Positions 47,173 to 56,463 of a DNA stretch of 64,000 nucleotides are shown here, piece after piece. This DNA is from Candidatus Latescibacterota bacterium (GTDB lineage: Bacteria; Latescibacterota; UBA2968; GCA-2709665), in NCBI GenBank assembly GCA_965248435.1, contig OZ252100.1:3680001-3744000 (forward strand), in the 5' to 3' direction. Made by a program: the position numbers and the translations under genes. The stretch's first letter is position 1. Every line of letters begins with the position of its first letter. The notes under the pieces are model-generated. The model did no database searches. It was not told the DNA's origin and saw nothing but the letters and a program-made list of their open reading frames with translations.

Positions 47173-48693
47173 ATGAGGTTACAGGTTCCGGGCTCAGAGC
47201 TTATCGTCGACATCGGTACGCGTAAGCAGCTGTTCGTGGATGACCACATCATCGAGACGACGCGCTGGAGTTCTCCTCGTCTCGCAGAGACGGCCCGATG
47301 GGTACAGCCGCGGGTACCCTCGTCTGCCCAGGAACGAACGAATCTGGACGGATGGAGCGAGGCAACCGACAAGATCGAAGCGGACGTACCAGGGCATCTG
47401 CTCAGAGCAACGGCGTTCGTGACCCGGACGGTGAATCAGCCCGTGCGGTACGAAGGCAATCCGATTATGGAGCGTCGACACGAATGGGAGGGCAGGTCAG
47501 CGCCGTGGCCGGCGAGGATCCTCTACGACGAAGAAGACGGGATCTGGAAGATGTGGTACTGCGGTCTGACGGTAGAAGATGTGCCCGTGCGAAGCTACAA
47601 CTATAAGGTCCTGTATGCCACCTCGGAGGACGGCATCAAGTGGGAAACGCCGCCGCTGGGCGTGGTGAAACACACCGATGGCAGCGACACGAACATCGTT
47701 TACGAGTCCAAGTGTCAATACGTCGTGAAGGATCCGGAGGCCGATCCGTCCAGACGCTACAAGATGGGTCACGGAGGAGGACAGCCGGCGGTCTTCCATT
47801 CCCCCGACGGGATCCACTGGACGCCGGACCCGGGGCCGATCAGTGCCGGGCGAGGAGACGAGACGCTTAGTATCATGTATGATCCTGTCAGCAAGAAGTA
47901 CCTTGGATTTTGTCGAAATCCGTATCCAAGTCCGATGCTGGTCCACAGGACGGAGCGATCGATCCAGAGGATGCAGAGCAACGACCTGATCCACTGGTCG
48001 ATGTCTGCGCCCGTGATCGATAAGGACGCGCTGGATCCGTTCGATACGGACTTCTACGGCATGGAGGCGATGTACTACGAGAGCATGTACCTCGGGTTCG
48101 TGAGGACACATCACACGGCGCACGACACGATGGATATGTATCTTTCGCACAGCAGGGACAGTTTCCACTGGGAACGGCTGAGAACCGGGCCCTTTCTACC
48201 CCTCGGTCCGGATGGAAGCTGGGAGTGGGGCATGTGCGCAATGTTACAGGCCCCGATGCGGGTCGGGGATGAGCACTGGGTTTACTATACCGGGACGGAC
48301 AACCGCCACGACGCGGGCGGCAACACGAAGCTCGGGCTGGCCAAGTTGCGGCTGGACGGATTCGTCTCCATCGACGCGATCGACAATTCGCACAGAAGCA
48401 CCAAGAATAATTACCCGCCTACACTGTTGACGAAACCGCTTCAATCGCCGGGCAATCGACTTGTCGTCAACGCCGTTGCGTCCGGAGGTTATATTGACGC
48501 CGAACTTCTAACCTCGGATGGATACGTTGTTGATGGCTTTTCCAGAGAGGACTGTGATACCTTCAAGGGGGACAGCCTGGCGCATACGTTTACCTGGAAG
48601 GGGAATTCGGATATCGGGGGATGTATTCCGGTCAGGATTCGGTTTTACATGGATAATGCGAAGCTTTATGCGTTGCAGATTTCCAAAGCGTAA
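47173..48693 (+). CDS. GH32/GH43-like propeller hypothetical protein, copy 2
   Basis: AGGAGG RBS; colinear with 45088. Confidence 0.7.
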   Translation: MRLQVPGSELIVDIGTRKQLFVDDHIIETTRWSSPRLAETARWVQPRVPSSAQERTNLDGWSEATDKIEADVPGHLLRATAFVTRTVNQPVRYEGNPIMERRHEWEGRSAPWPARILYDEEDGIWKMWYCGLTVEDVPVRSYNYKVLYATSEDGIKWETPPLGVVKHTDGSDTNIVYESKCQYVVKDPEADPSRRYKMGHGGGQPAVFHSPDGIHWTPDPGPISAGRGDETLSIMYDPVSKKYLGFCRNPYPSPMLVHRTERSIQRMQSNDLIHWSMSAPVIDKDALDPFDTDFYGMEAMYYESMYLGFVRTHHTAHDTMDMYLSHSRDSFHWERLRTGPFLPLGPDGSWEWGMCAMLQAPMRVGDEHWVYYTGTDNRHDAGGNTKLGLAKLRLDGFVSIDAIDNSHRSTKNNYPPTLLTKPLQSPGNRLVVNAVASGGYIDAELLTSDGYVVDGFSREDCDTFKGDSLAHTFTWKGNSDIGGCIPVRIRFYMDNAKLYALQISKA

Positions 48694-48694
48694 G

Positions 48695-48727
48695 GACCGG
48701 GTACCGGGGTTCAGGTACCGGGTACCG
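48695..48727 (+). repeat. GGGTACC array, left arm of the second cassette
   Basis: ggaccgggtaccggggttcaggtaccgggtaccg right after the TAA stop. Confidence 0.8.
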
Positions 48728-48750
48728 CAAGAATCAACATCAGGCGCGAC

Positions 48751-48921
48751 ATGAGCATTAAGAGTTAAAAAGACCTGGAGGTATGGAAAAAGGGCATCGA
48801 AATTGTAGATCTCGTGTATGATATAACGGCTCAGTTTCCAAGGGAAGAAACATATGGGTTAGCGGCGCATATGCAAAGAACGGCGGTATCGATACCGTCC
48901 AATGTTGCAGAAGGTCACGCT
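48751..48921 (+). pseudogene. Four helix bundle protein pseudogene
   Basis: MSIKS*KDLEVWKKGIEIVDLVYDITAQFPREETYGLAAHMQRTAVSIPSNVAEGHA; TAA replaces Tyr6 (48766-48768) and the 3' half is missing. Confidence 0.85.
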
Positions 48922-48940
48922 TTGCAGTGGTTCTTCGAAC

Positions 48941-48958
48941 ACCGGTACCCGGTACCCG
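48941..48958 (-). repeat. Inverted GGTACCC array, right arm of the second cassette
   Basis: accggtacccggtacccg. Confidence 0.75.
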
Positions 48959-48994
48959 TAATCGGTCATCTGCTGGCGATAAGAGGTAAAGGCA

Positions 48995-50245
48995 ATGAAG
49001 CTGACGGAGGAACAGCAAGCGGTTCTCGACGGCTCGAAGGGTGACTACCTGGCCAAGTGCATGCGCTGGCTGGTGGAGTGGGGCGACGCGATGGATGCGA
49101 AGCAACTCGTGCGCGTGGAAAATACCCACGCGCTGCTGCCTGTCCCAAACCTGATGGCCAAAGGAGCTTCCAAGGAAACTGTCGACCAGTATATGGCAGA
49201 CCTGAAGGAGGCGTGCAAACACCAGACGCATCCAGGATGCATCTGCACGGTACACGCCACTTTTGTGGCGCTGGACGGCATAGACGTGCCTGAAAACGAT
49301 CCGGAACAGGTTCAGATGCAGAATGAGCTGGCTGTGATGGCAGCGGACGCGGGATTCATTCCCACTTTTACGTGCGCACCCTATCTCGTCGGAAACGTCC
49401 CATTGAAGGGCGAGATCTGCGCCTGGACCGAGTCCTCCGCCGTGGTGTATGCCAACTCGATTCTGGGAGCGCGCACTGTCAGGCACGGGACAGAAAGCGC
49501 GATCGCGGCCTCGTTGCTCGGTCTTGTACCGGAGTTCGGGGTCCTTCTGGATGAAAACCGGAAGGGGACGCTGCGGATAGAGGTGACGGCCGAGCTGGAC
49601 AGTCCGACGGACTGGGGCGCACTCGGTTACTATTCAGGAAAGCTGGCCGGCCTGGGCATTCCGGTGTTCAACGGTGTCGAGCGTCCGTCGCAGGATGAAG
49701 CGAAGCAGCTCTGCGCCGCCCTCGCAACGTCCGGGGGCGTGACGATGTGCCACATCGCCGGTGTGACGCCCGAGGCGCCCACGCTCGAGGCTGCATTCCA
49801 CGACGATGTCCCCGAACCAGAGGCAGTGTTTGACGACGACACGTTGAGAGAGACCTACGAATCGCTTCGGACTCACACGGGAGATGAGATCGATTCGGTC
49901 ATTCTGGGGTGCCCCCACGCGTCTATCCAGGAACTCTCCCAGATTGCAGCCTTACTCAAAGGGAAGAAAGTCGCAGAGGGAGTGAGTCTCTGGGTGGATA
50001 CGGCCAGGGGGACGAAAGGGAACGCCGATGCGATGGGATACACAGAGACGATCGAAGCCGCTGGCGGCCGCATCCTTTGTGATACCTGTCCGACGAACAT
50101 GCGTATCCCGGCCAAACGGATCGTGACCCACGGATTCAAGCAGGCCCATTATGCCAGGGGGATGCTGGGCGCAGAGATGATCATTGCGGAGACTGAACCG
50201 TGCATTCGGGCGGCGGTGGCCGGGCGGTGGATGGGGGATGACTGA
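48995..50245 (+). CDS. Aconitase X catalytic (large) subunit, DUF521
   Basis: MKLTEEQQAVLDG, TFTCAPY, AWTESSAVVYANSILGART, GVTPEA, LGCPHAS, CDTC. Confidence 0.9.
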   Translation: MKLTEEQQAVLDGSKGDYLAKCMRWLVEWGDAMDAKQLVRVENTHALLPVPNLMAKGASKETVDQYMADLKEACKHQTHPGCICTVHATFVALDGIDVPENDPEQVQMQNELAVMAADAGFIPTFTCAPYLVGNVPLKGEICAWTESSAVVYANSILGARTVRHGTESAIAASLLGLVPEFGVLLDENRKGTLRIEVTAELDSPTDWGALGYYSGKLAGLGIPVFNGVERPSQDEAKQLCAALATSGGVTMCHIAGVTPEAPTLEAAFHDDVPEPEAVFDDDTLRETYESLRTHTGDEIDSVILGCPHASIQELSQIAALLKGKKVAEGVSLWVDTARGTKGNADAMGYTETIEAAGGRILCDTCPTNMRIPAKRIVTHGFKQAHYARGMLGAEMIIAETEPCIRAAVAGRWMGDD

Positions 50246-50672
50246 CGTGATCGAAATCAAAGGCAAGTGCGTGGTGAAAGGGCGGGCTGAGGGGACGGCA
50301 CTCGTGGCAGACACGACCCTCTCCTTCTGGGGCGAAGTGGATGCGGTCACCGGGAAGGTGATCGGCTCGGGGCATCCCCTGGAAGGCGAATCGCTCAGGG
50401 ATCGGGTGCTCGTGATCCGCTCGACCAAGGGATCATCCGGGACGCCGTTGACGCTGAACCTGGCCCGGCTGGAGGGCAACGCCCCGGCAGCGTTCGTGAA
50501 CGTGGAAGTGGACGGCCTGGCCGCCCTCGGGTGCATCGTGAACGGCATCCCGATGATGACGGACCTGGAGCAAGACCCGTTTTCGGCCATCGCGACTGGG
50601 GACAGGGTGGAGGTGGACGCGGACCAGGGCGTGGTCCGTGTCACGCGGAGAAAGGAAGACGATAACGCCTAA
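50238..50672 (+). CDS. Aconitase X swivel (small) subunit, DUF126
   Basis: GRAEGTALV, LSFWGEVDAVTG, HPLEGESL, TKGSS; ATG overlaps the end of the upstream gene. Confidence 0.88.
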   Translation: MTDVIEIKGKCVVKGRAEGTALVADTTLSFWGEVDAVTGKVIGSGHPLEGESLRDRVLVIRSTKGSSGTPLTLNLARLEGNAPAAFVNVEVDGLAALGCIVNGIPMMTDLEQDPFSAIATGDRVEVDADQGVVRVTRRKEDDNA

Positions 50673-50775
50673 GCAGGGCTTGAGTCGGACTATGCTACGA
50701 TTATCGCTTGACAGTGAAGTCTAATTCCGTAGTACTGGAACCAGCATTTTCATTCGTCGGTCGCGAGGGTCTAAC

Positions 50776-52275
50776 GTGGCATCCAAGCAACCCAACATCC
50801 TTTTCGTTCTGAGCGACCAGCATAATGCGCGCTGCATGTCGTGCGCCGGGGAGCCCCTCCTCCAGACGCCCCACATGGATCGGCTCGCGCGGGAAGGTAT
50901 CCGATTCGCCCGGGCTTACGCCAACAGTGCGCACTGCGGCCCCTCGCGCATCTCCTACTTGACCGGGATCTACGAACACTGGCATCGTCGGCACGGCAAC
51001 AGCGATGAGCCACCCGATCACCTGAATCCGATCACCGGCACACTGCGGCAGGCGGGATACGAAACGGCCCTCATCGGAAAGGGACATATCGGCGTCCACT
51101 GGCCCCGGCGCGAGTTCGACACTACATGTTTCAGCACGAACACCGATGCCCTGCCCTATGACCCGCTGACGTGCGACTATTTCCGAAGCCTGGTCGACGC
51201 CGGCGTGGCAGACGATCACGACAATACGAACAAATGGAAGCAGCACCCGGACTGTGCGGTCACTTCACCCCTGCCCCTGGAACACTCGATGGAGGTCTGG
51301 TGCGGAGACGAGGCGGTGAACTACCTCCGCGATCGAGACAAGGGAAAGCCGTTCTTCGCCTACGTCTGCTTCGAACGGCCTCACGATCCGCTCACGGTGC
51401 CCGAGCCCTACGACCGCCTTTACGATCCGGATCAGGTGACCGTACCTGCGAATGCAGATGACCCGTTCGAAGGCAAATCAGAACGTCAGCAGCGGTCCAT
51501 GCGCGGAGAGCTTTGGTACCCCTATCGACCGAGGGACGAGGCGCACCTGAAACAGTGCATTGCCTACTACTATGCACTCGTCACCCTGATCGACGAACAG
51601 ATCGGGCGAATGCTGGCGGAGTTGGAGGCCCAGGGTATCCTGGAAGATACGATCGTCATCTACGCCTCCGACCACGGAGACTTCGCTGGTGAGCACGGAC
51701 TGATCTGGAAGAACCTCGGGTTTTACGAATGCATTCACAAAGTTCCGCTGATCATTCGGTACCCGAACGCGCTACCCTCTGGAGAGGTGTTCGACAGATT
51801 CGTGGAGTCGGTCGATCTGTATCCCACCCTGACGGACCTTTTGGGTCTCGCGACACCGAACACGGTCCAGGGGCGGAGCCTCGTACCAGCCGTTACGGGC
51901 AAGGAGGATTGGAACAAACGGGCCGTTTTGTGTGAGCACGTGAAAGGGTATCATCACATGTCGATGCGGACGGAGGACTTCCGCATCACGTTCGACCTGA
52001 CCGGGGATGAGAGCGAGATCTACGATCACCGGACGGATCCCGGAGAGATTCACAACAGGTGGGATGATCCCGATTACCGCGAGATCCGGGAGGCTCTGCT
52101 GATGGACCTAATTCGCTACCGATCTTGTCCCCCGCTCCTTCACGGGTCGCTCCCGGAGGGTGTGAGGTTCGCCTCCGTGCCGGGTTATCACCACGAGACC
52201 TTCTCTCAGGAGATCCGGGACATCGGACAGGGTATCCCGTGGTCGGAAATAGTCGAGAGACGAGAGTCAAAATAG
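50776..52275 (+). CDS. Formylglycine-dependent sulfatase (S1 family)
   Basis: PNILFVLSDQH, CGPSR, GKGH, RPHDP, SDHG; no signal peptide. Confidence 0.92.
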   Translation: MASKQPNILFVLSDQHNARCMSCAGEPLLQTPHMDRLAREGIRFARAYANSAHCGPSRISYLTGIYEHWHRRHGNSDEPPDHLNPITGTLRQAGYETALIGKGHIGVHWPRREFDTTCFSTNTDALPYDPLTCDYFRSLVDAGVADDHDNTNKWKQHPDCAVTSPLPLEHSMEVWCGDEAVNYLRDRDKGKPFFAYVCFERPHDPLTVPEPYDRLYDPDQVTVPANADDPFEGKSERQQRSMRGELWYPYRPRDEAHLKQCIAYYYALVTLIDEQIGRMLAELEAQGILEDTIVIYASDHGDFAGEHGLIWKNLGFYECIHKVPLIIRYPNALPSGEVFDRFVESVDLYPTLTDLLGLATPNTVQGRSLVPAVTGKEDWNKRAVLCEHVKGYHHMSMRTEDFRITFDLTGDESEIYDHRTDPGEIHNRWDDPDYREIREALLMDLIRYRSCPPLLHGSLPEGVRFASVPGYHHETFSQEIRDIGQGIPWSEIVERRESK

Positions 52276-52294
52276 GGATGGGGAAGAAAAGCGC

Positions 52295-52375
52295 GAGTGT
52301 TGGGGGAATGGAGTGTTGGAGTAATGGAGAGGCAGGTTTTGCAATACTCCAACACTCCAGTACGGCATTACTCCA
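52295..52375. repeat. Inverted octamer arrays GGAGT(G/A)(T/A)T ... AAYACTCC
   Basis: gagtgttgg..ggagtgttggagtaatggag, then aatactccaacactcca..attactcca. Confidence 0.7.
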
Positions 52376-52446
52376 GAATCTCTGAAAGAACCAGCTAGTT
52401 GATGACGCGATCCTCTGGACTATCTTAAAGAAGGGAGAAGTAAAGA

Positions 52447-53157
52447 ATGCTATTGAAGCGGTCTGAAATCGAGCGTTCCGTTGAGACGGCTATTCAGGTC
52501 TTTCAGCATTTCGGGTTTCACCTGCCGCCGTTCGCATTCTGGACCGTGGAGGACTGGCGGAAGAAGGGTCCCGAAGCCGACGAGATCCGAGACTGCATGC
52601 TGGGATGGGATGTCACGGATTTCGGGAGCGGACGCTTCAAGGAGATCGGGCGCACGCTGCTGACGCTTCGAAACGGATCCGCAAAAGACGCGAAGTACTC
52701 GAAGACGTACGCGGAGAAGCTTATTTTGGATCCCGAGAACCAGCGCGCCCCGGCGCACTTCCACCTTTCGAAGCGGGAGGATATCATCAACCGGGGCGGT
52801 GGCAACATCCTCGTGGAGGTCTGCAGGGCAACGGAGGACGGGAAGCGATCGGATGAGGCCTTTACGTTGCAGGTGGACGGGCAGACCGTAGAGCTGAATC
52901 CTGGAGATCCGGTTAGTCTGGGGCCTGGCCAAAGCGTCTGCCTTCCTGCGCGGACGATCCACCAGTTCTGGGGTGAGGAAGGCACCGGTCTCGAGATCGA
53001 CGGCGTCCAATACACGGTGAGCGGTGAGGTCAGCAGCGTCTGCGATGACCTGGAAGACAACTTCTTCCTGGACCCGATGACCCGCTTCCCGGAGCTGGAC
53101 GAGGACGTGCCGCGGACTCGCTACCTGTGCAACGAATATCCGTCGGCATCCGGTTGA
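52447..53157 (+). CDS. D-lyxose/D-mannose family sugar isomerase (DUF1498 cupin)
   Basis: KRSEI, LPPFAFWT, LGWDVTDFGSG, YAEK, HFH.SKREDIINRGGG, GEVSSV.DD. Confidence 0.9.
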   Translation: MLLKRSEIERSVETAIQVFQHFGFHLPPFAFWTVEDWRKKGPEADEIRDCMLGWDVTDFGSGRFKEIGRTLLTLRNGSAKDAKYSKTYAEKLILDPENQRAPAHFHLSKREDIINRGGGNILVEVCRATEDGKRSDEAFTLQVDGQTVELNPGDPVSLGPGQSVCLPARTIHQFWGEEGTGLEIDGVQYTVSGEVSSVCDDLEDNFFLDPMTRFPELDEDVPRTRYLCNEYPSASG

Positions 53158-53193
53158 ACACAGATCTGAAAACACATGCTTTACGGATTCATC

Positions 53194-53219
53194 CAGGGGT
53201 GGCGCTTGCGCCGCCCCTG
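53194..53219. repeat. REP-like hairpin
   Basis: caggggtggcgc-tt-gcgccgcccctg. Confidence 0.55.
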
Positions 53220-53341
53220 TGCTTTGGAATCGAGGCTATCAGGGAGTGGAAAATGATTCAAGATCAGCGTCACATCGCGGACCTGAATCCCAGTCGGAGA
53301 GATGAGCGTCGGTGTTGGCCACGGATGGGAGATCGCAGGAT

Positions 53342-54466
53342 ATGCTTACGATCGTGGATAAAGGTGATATAGATAAACAGGGCGGGCGTGGTGCCTATAT
53401 GCCGGTTATCACGCCTCTGCAGGACGGGAGTTTCATCGCTTGCCAGCACGTGGGATCCAACCTATCGGCCCCCGACAATCATATCGACGTCCTGCGCTCG
53501 GCCGACGGCGGCAAGAGCTGGGCGAACGAGGGCAGCATCCACGGTGGGAAACCTCCCGAAGATGGGAAGTCTTACCGGGGACCGAGAATCAGCGTCGTGC
53601 CGGATGGCCGGCTTGTGATGGCTGCGACCCGGTTTGAAGCCGGCGAGGGGACGCTCTTCGATCCGGAGTCGGAAGCCCAGCAGCGCCCGGAGATGCTGCT
53701 CCTCTGGTCGGAGGATCTGGGTCGAACGTGGTCGGAGCCGCAGGTCGTTCCGGTGGACCTGCCACCAGAGAAATACACCTGGAACGGCGCCGGTTCCCTT
53801 CTGCAGCTCGCGCCAGATCGGTGGATGTATCCGCTGGAGACGTGGAAACCGGTGGGGTATGAAGGGCCACCGGATCAGAAGGCCGCAGCCGTTTTTTCCG
53901 CGGATCGGGGAGAGACCTGGGGAGAGCTGACCGTAGTGGCGGACGATCCGACGGGGAGTCTGCTCTGGTGGGACCAGATGTGCACCCTCCTACCGGATGG
54001 AAGGATCTACACCTTGTTGTGGACCCATAAGTACGGCACCCCCGAGGATCTGCCCAATCACTGGGTGGTTTCCGAGGATGGGGGACGCAAGTGGTCCGAG
54101 CCCCGGCCGACCAATCTTCGGGGTCAGGTCTGCGCGCCCATTGCTTTGCCGGACGGCCGGGTAGTGGCGATCTACAACTTCCGGCACGAACCTCAAGGCA
54201 TCCACGTGGCCGTGACGGAGGACCTCGAGCGGTTCGACGTGGAACACGAGGTCGTGGTGTTCGACGCGGGCTCGGAAGCGACCCTGGGGGCACCCGAGGC
54301 CGACACCTTTATTGCCGGGCATCTGAAGATCGGGTTCGGCAAACCGGGCGGCGTGCGCCTTCCTGATGGTCAACTGTTGACCTATTTCTGGTGCACGACA
54401 GGGGGCATCACTCACACCCGCTGGGTCAGGCTGATGGTGGAAGAAGGAGGATCCGCCCATGAATAG
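53342..54466 (+). CDS. Sialidase-fold BNR/Asp-box repeat protein
   Basis: RSADGGKSW, SEDLGRTW, SADRGETW, SEDGGRKW; start uncertain (53312 or 53342). Confidence 0.8.
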   Translation: MLTIVDKGDIDKQGGRGAYMPVITPLQDGSFIACQHVGSNLSAPDNHIDVLRSADGGKSWANEGSIHGGKPPEDGKSYRGPRISVVPDGRLVMAATRFEAGEGTLFDPESEAQQRPEMLLLWSEDLGRTWSEPQVVPVDLPPEKYTWNGAGSLLQLAPDRWMYPLETWKPVGYEGPPDQKAAAVFSADRGETWGELTVVADDPTGSLLWWDQMCTLLPDGRIYTLLWTHKYGTPEDLPNHWVVSEDGGRKWSEPRPTNLRGQVCAPIALPDGRVVAIYNFRHEPQGIHVAVTEDLERFDVEHEVVVFDAGSEATLGAPEADTFIAGHLKIGFGKPGGVRLPDGQLLTYFWCTTGGITHTRWVRLMVEEGGSAHE

Positions 54467-55298
54467 CGGGCGACCTTTCGAGTTTCGATACGTCCTCGCA
54501 TCTTCTCTGTATGGGACCACCCCACTTGCGCAGATACTCCCGGAGGTGTCGAAGTCTGGCGCGAAGCATCTTGACATCTGGCCACGCATTCATGGAGATC
54601 AGCGCGAGCAGGTCGAAGATATGGGCCACGATGCATTCTCGGACCTGCTGAATGAACAGGGCGTCAAGCTTGGTGTTTCGACCCGGTTTGACCTGGGTCC
54701 CTTCGGTCTTTTACCCGAGATCCGGTTTGCGAATGCGTTCGATGCCGACCTTGTCGTCTGCGGCAGCGGAGGACTGGCAGACCTGGAGGGGGATGACCTG
54801 AGGGATGCTGTGAGGCAATTTGTAGAGCGCCAGCAGCCTCAACTGGAACTGGCTGAGGAACTGGGCGTCCGGATCGGGATCGAAAACCACGCCAACTGGA
54901 TCATCTACTCGCCCGATTCGATGAAGTGGCTGGCCGAGTTCGCGGGGTCGAAGCCCCTGGGCATCGCCCTCGCGCCCTACCACCTGCCGGACGATCCCGA
55001 ACAGATCGCGCAGCTTATACGGGATCTTGGAGAAAAGCTGTTTCTGTTCTATGCCTGGCAGCACGGGAAAGGGAGTCACGGCGAGCTGAATCCGGAGGAG
55101 ATTTTCCTGCAGATGCCGGGACGGGGGCCGCTCGATTTCGCCCCGATCGTCTCGGCCTTGGTAGAGATCGAATATTCTGGCTGGACGGAGATCTTCATGC
55201 ATCCCGCTCCGCGCGGGATCTCGATTTGCGAACCGATCGAGGAGGTGGCAGTCGAGGTCAACCGAGGGATTCAATATCTCGAGTCGTGCCTGGGTTGA
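54459..55298 (+). CDS. Sugar phosphate isomerase/epimerase TIM barrel
   Basis: GVRIGIENH, GIALAPYHLP, MPGRGPLDF, YSGWTEIFMHP. Confidence 0.8.
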   Translation: MNSGRPFEFRYVLASSLYGTTPLAQILPEVSKSGAKHLDIWPRIHGDQREQVEDMGHDAFSDLLNEQGVKLGVSTRFDLGPFGLLPEIRFANAFDADLVVCGSGGLADLEGDDLRDAVRQFVERQQPQLELAEELGVRIGIENHANWIIYSPDSMKWLAEFAGSKPLGIALAPYHLPDDPEQIAQLIRDLGEKLFLFYAWQHGKGSHGELNPEEIFLQMPGRGPLDFAPIVSALVEIEYSGWTEIFMHPAPRGISICEPIEEVAVEVNRGIQYLESCLG

Positions 55299-55476
55299 AA
55301 CCGTGAATCGTGGATGGTGCGTCGTGTCCTTTCGGACACGACAGGATCGTCGTTCGACGGTTTTCCGAGTTGGAATCCGGTTGACTTTTTTGCCAGCTTG
55401 ATGCATCAATACTATCTCCTAAACCGTCGAGAAGGACTCGATCGCCATTTGAACCCGAACACAGAGGAGCTACAGC

Positions 55477-56211
55477 ATGAACTGGGTGAATGAGAGAGAA
55501 GACGGGACCGCCAATTACACGCTGGTCTCAGACAACCTATCCCGGTATTCTTCCGAGGCGAACGCAGACAAGATGGGCGAGGTACAGGAGGTGGAGGTGT
55601 TCGAGACGGAACATCACGTCTACACGTTTCCGTTTCATTACAAGAATGTGGAGGTTGTAAACTGGCTGGAATACAACCATAAGGGAATGGAGATCGAGGG
55701 AGAGACCGGGTCCATCACGATCGAGGAAGAGAAACCGATCGTTTCGGTCACGACCGTGGGTTCAGGATGCTCTGGAAGCAACTACAACACGGTGGAGTGG
55801 TGGGGTCCTGGAGAAAGCCTAAAGACAGTGAGAAGGACCGACGCGGGGCAGTTGATCAAGAGGCAGAGGGCAGACAACATGCAGGGGCAGCACAATGCCT
55901 TCGTCCAGAGTGCGATGACTCAGCAAATACCGGATTTCGAGACGGTGGAAGACGCACAAAACCATATCAAAAGAATGCAGGATATCTTCTACAACATGAC
56001 AGGTGGGTGCAACGTGCCGGGCAGTTTCATAAGCGGGCTCTACGAAAACACCGCCACCTTCAGGATCGGAGACACGACACGTCCAGAGCACACCGCGTAT
56101 AAGGTGGTGATTCGCGGCGGAGGTTTGGACTACGAAGATCCGGGGACCCATATCGCGCGCTATCCGGCAGATTATGCGTTCAGGATGATCGATCTTACTG
56201 TGAAGAAATAG
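55477..56211 (+). CDS. Hypothetical protein, distant paralogue of 43218..43940
   Basis: GAGGAG RBS; motifs shared with 43218; stand-alone gene with a downstream hairpin. Confidence 0.75.
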   Translation: MNWVNEREDGTANYTLVSDNLSRYSSEANADKMGEVQEVEVFETEHHVYTFPFHYKNVEVVNWLEYNHKGMEIEGETGSITIEEEKPIVSVTTVGSGCSGSNYNTVEWWGPGESLKTVRRTDAGQLIKRQRADNMQGQHNAFVQSAMTQQIPDFETVEDAQNHIKRMQDIFYNMTGGCNVPGSFISGLYENTATFRIGDTTRPEHTAYKVVIRGGGLDYEDPGTHIARYPADYAFRMIDLTVKK

Positions 56212-56232
56212 GAGCAGCGGGATGTGAGTGCG

Positions 56233-56277
56233 TCAGGAAGACGCCCGGGGGCAAGGTCGCTTCCGGCGTCTTTCTGA
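56233..56277 (+). terminator. Putative terminator hairpin
   Basis: tcaggaagacgcc(c)gg...ccggcgtctttctga, ~20 nt after the stop codon. Confidence 0.45.
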
Positions 56278-56389
56278 TGATGACCTTAGACATAACCCCC
56301 AGCCCCCTTCCGTGGGTCGTGGATCGTGAATTGTGGATCGTCAAAGAGATTGCGGATTGAACGATATGATTCATCGCACTCTCATGGCC

Positions 56390-56415
56390 GTAGAGACGCC
56401 CCGTTGGGGCGTCTT
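56390..56415 (+). repeat. GTAG-type REP hairpin
   Basis: gtagagacgccccgttggggcgtct. Confidence 0.8.
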
Positions 56416-56463
56416 GAACTCGGAGACCGGATTGAGCGTTGAATTTTGCGATAAGGGATACAA

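Noticed and set aside
30236-48958. Diversity-generating retroelement (Avd-like four-helix-bundle gene plus near-identical paralogous sequences)
   Set aside because: No reverse transcriptase in the window, no separate non-coding template repeat, and differences among copies are not visibly adenine-restricted; they look like synonymous drift plus block exchange.
8727-48958. CRISPR array from the GGGTACC or REP repeats
   Set aside because: Units are short, degenerate and dispersed, with no regular repeat-spacer periodicity and no cas genes.
50708-50736. Sigma70 promoter upstream of the sulfatase (TTGACA present)
   Set aside because: No convincing -10 hexamer at 16-18-nt spacing, so it was not called.
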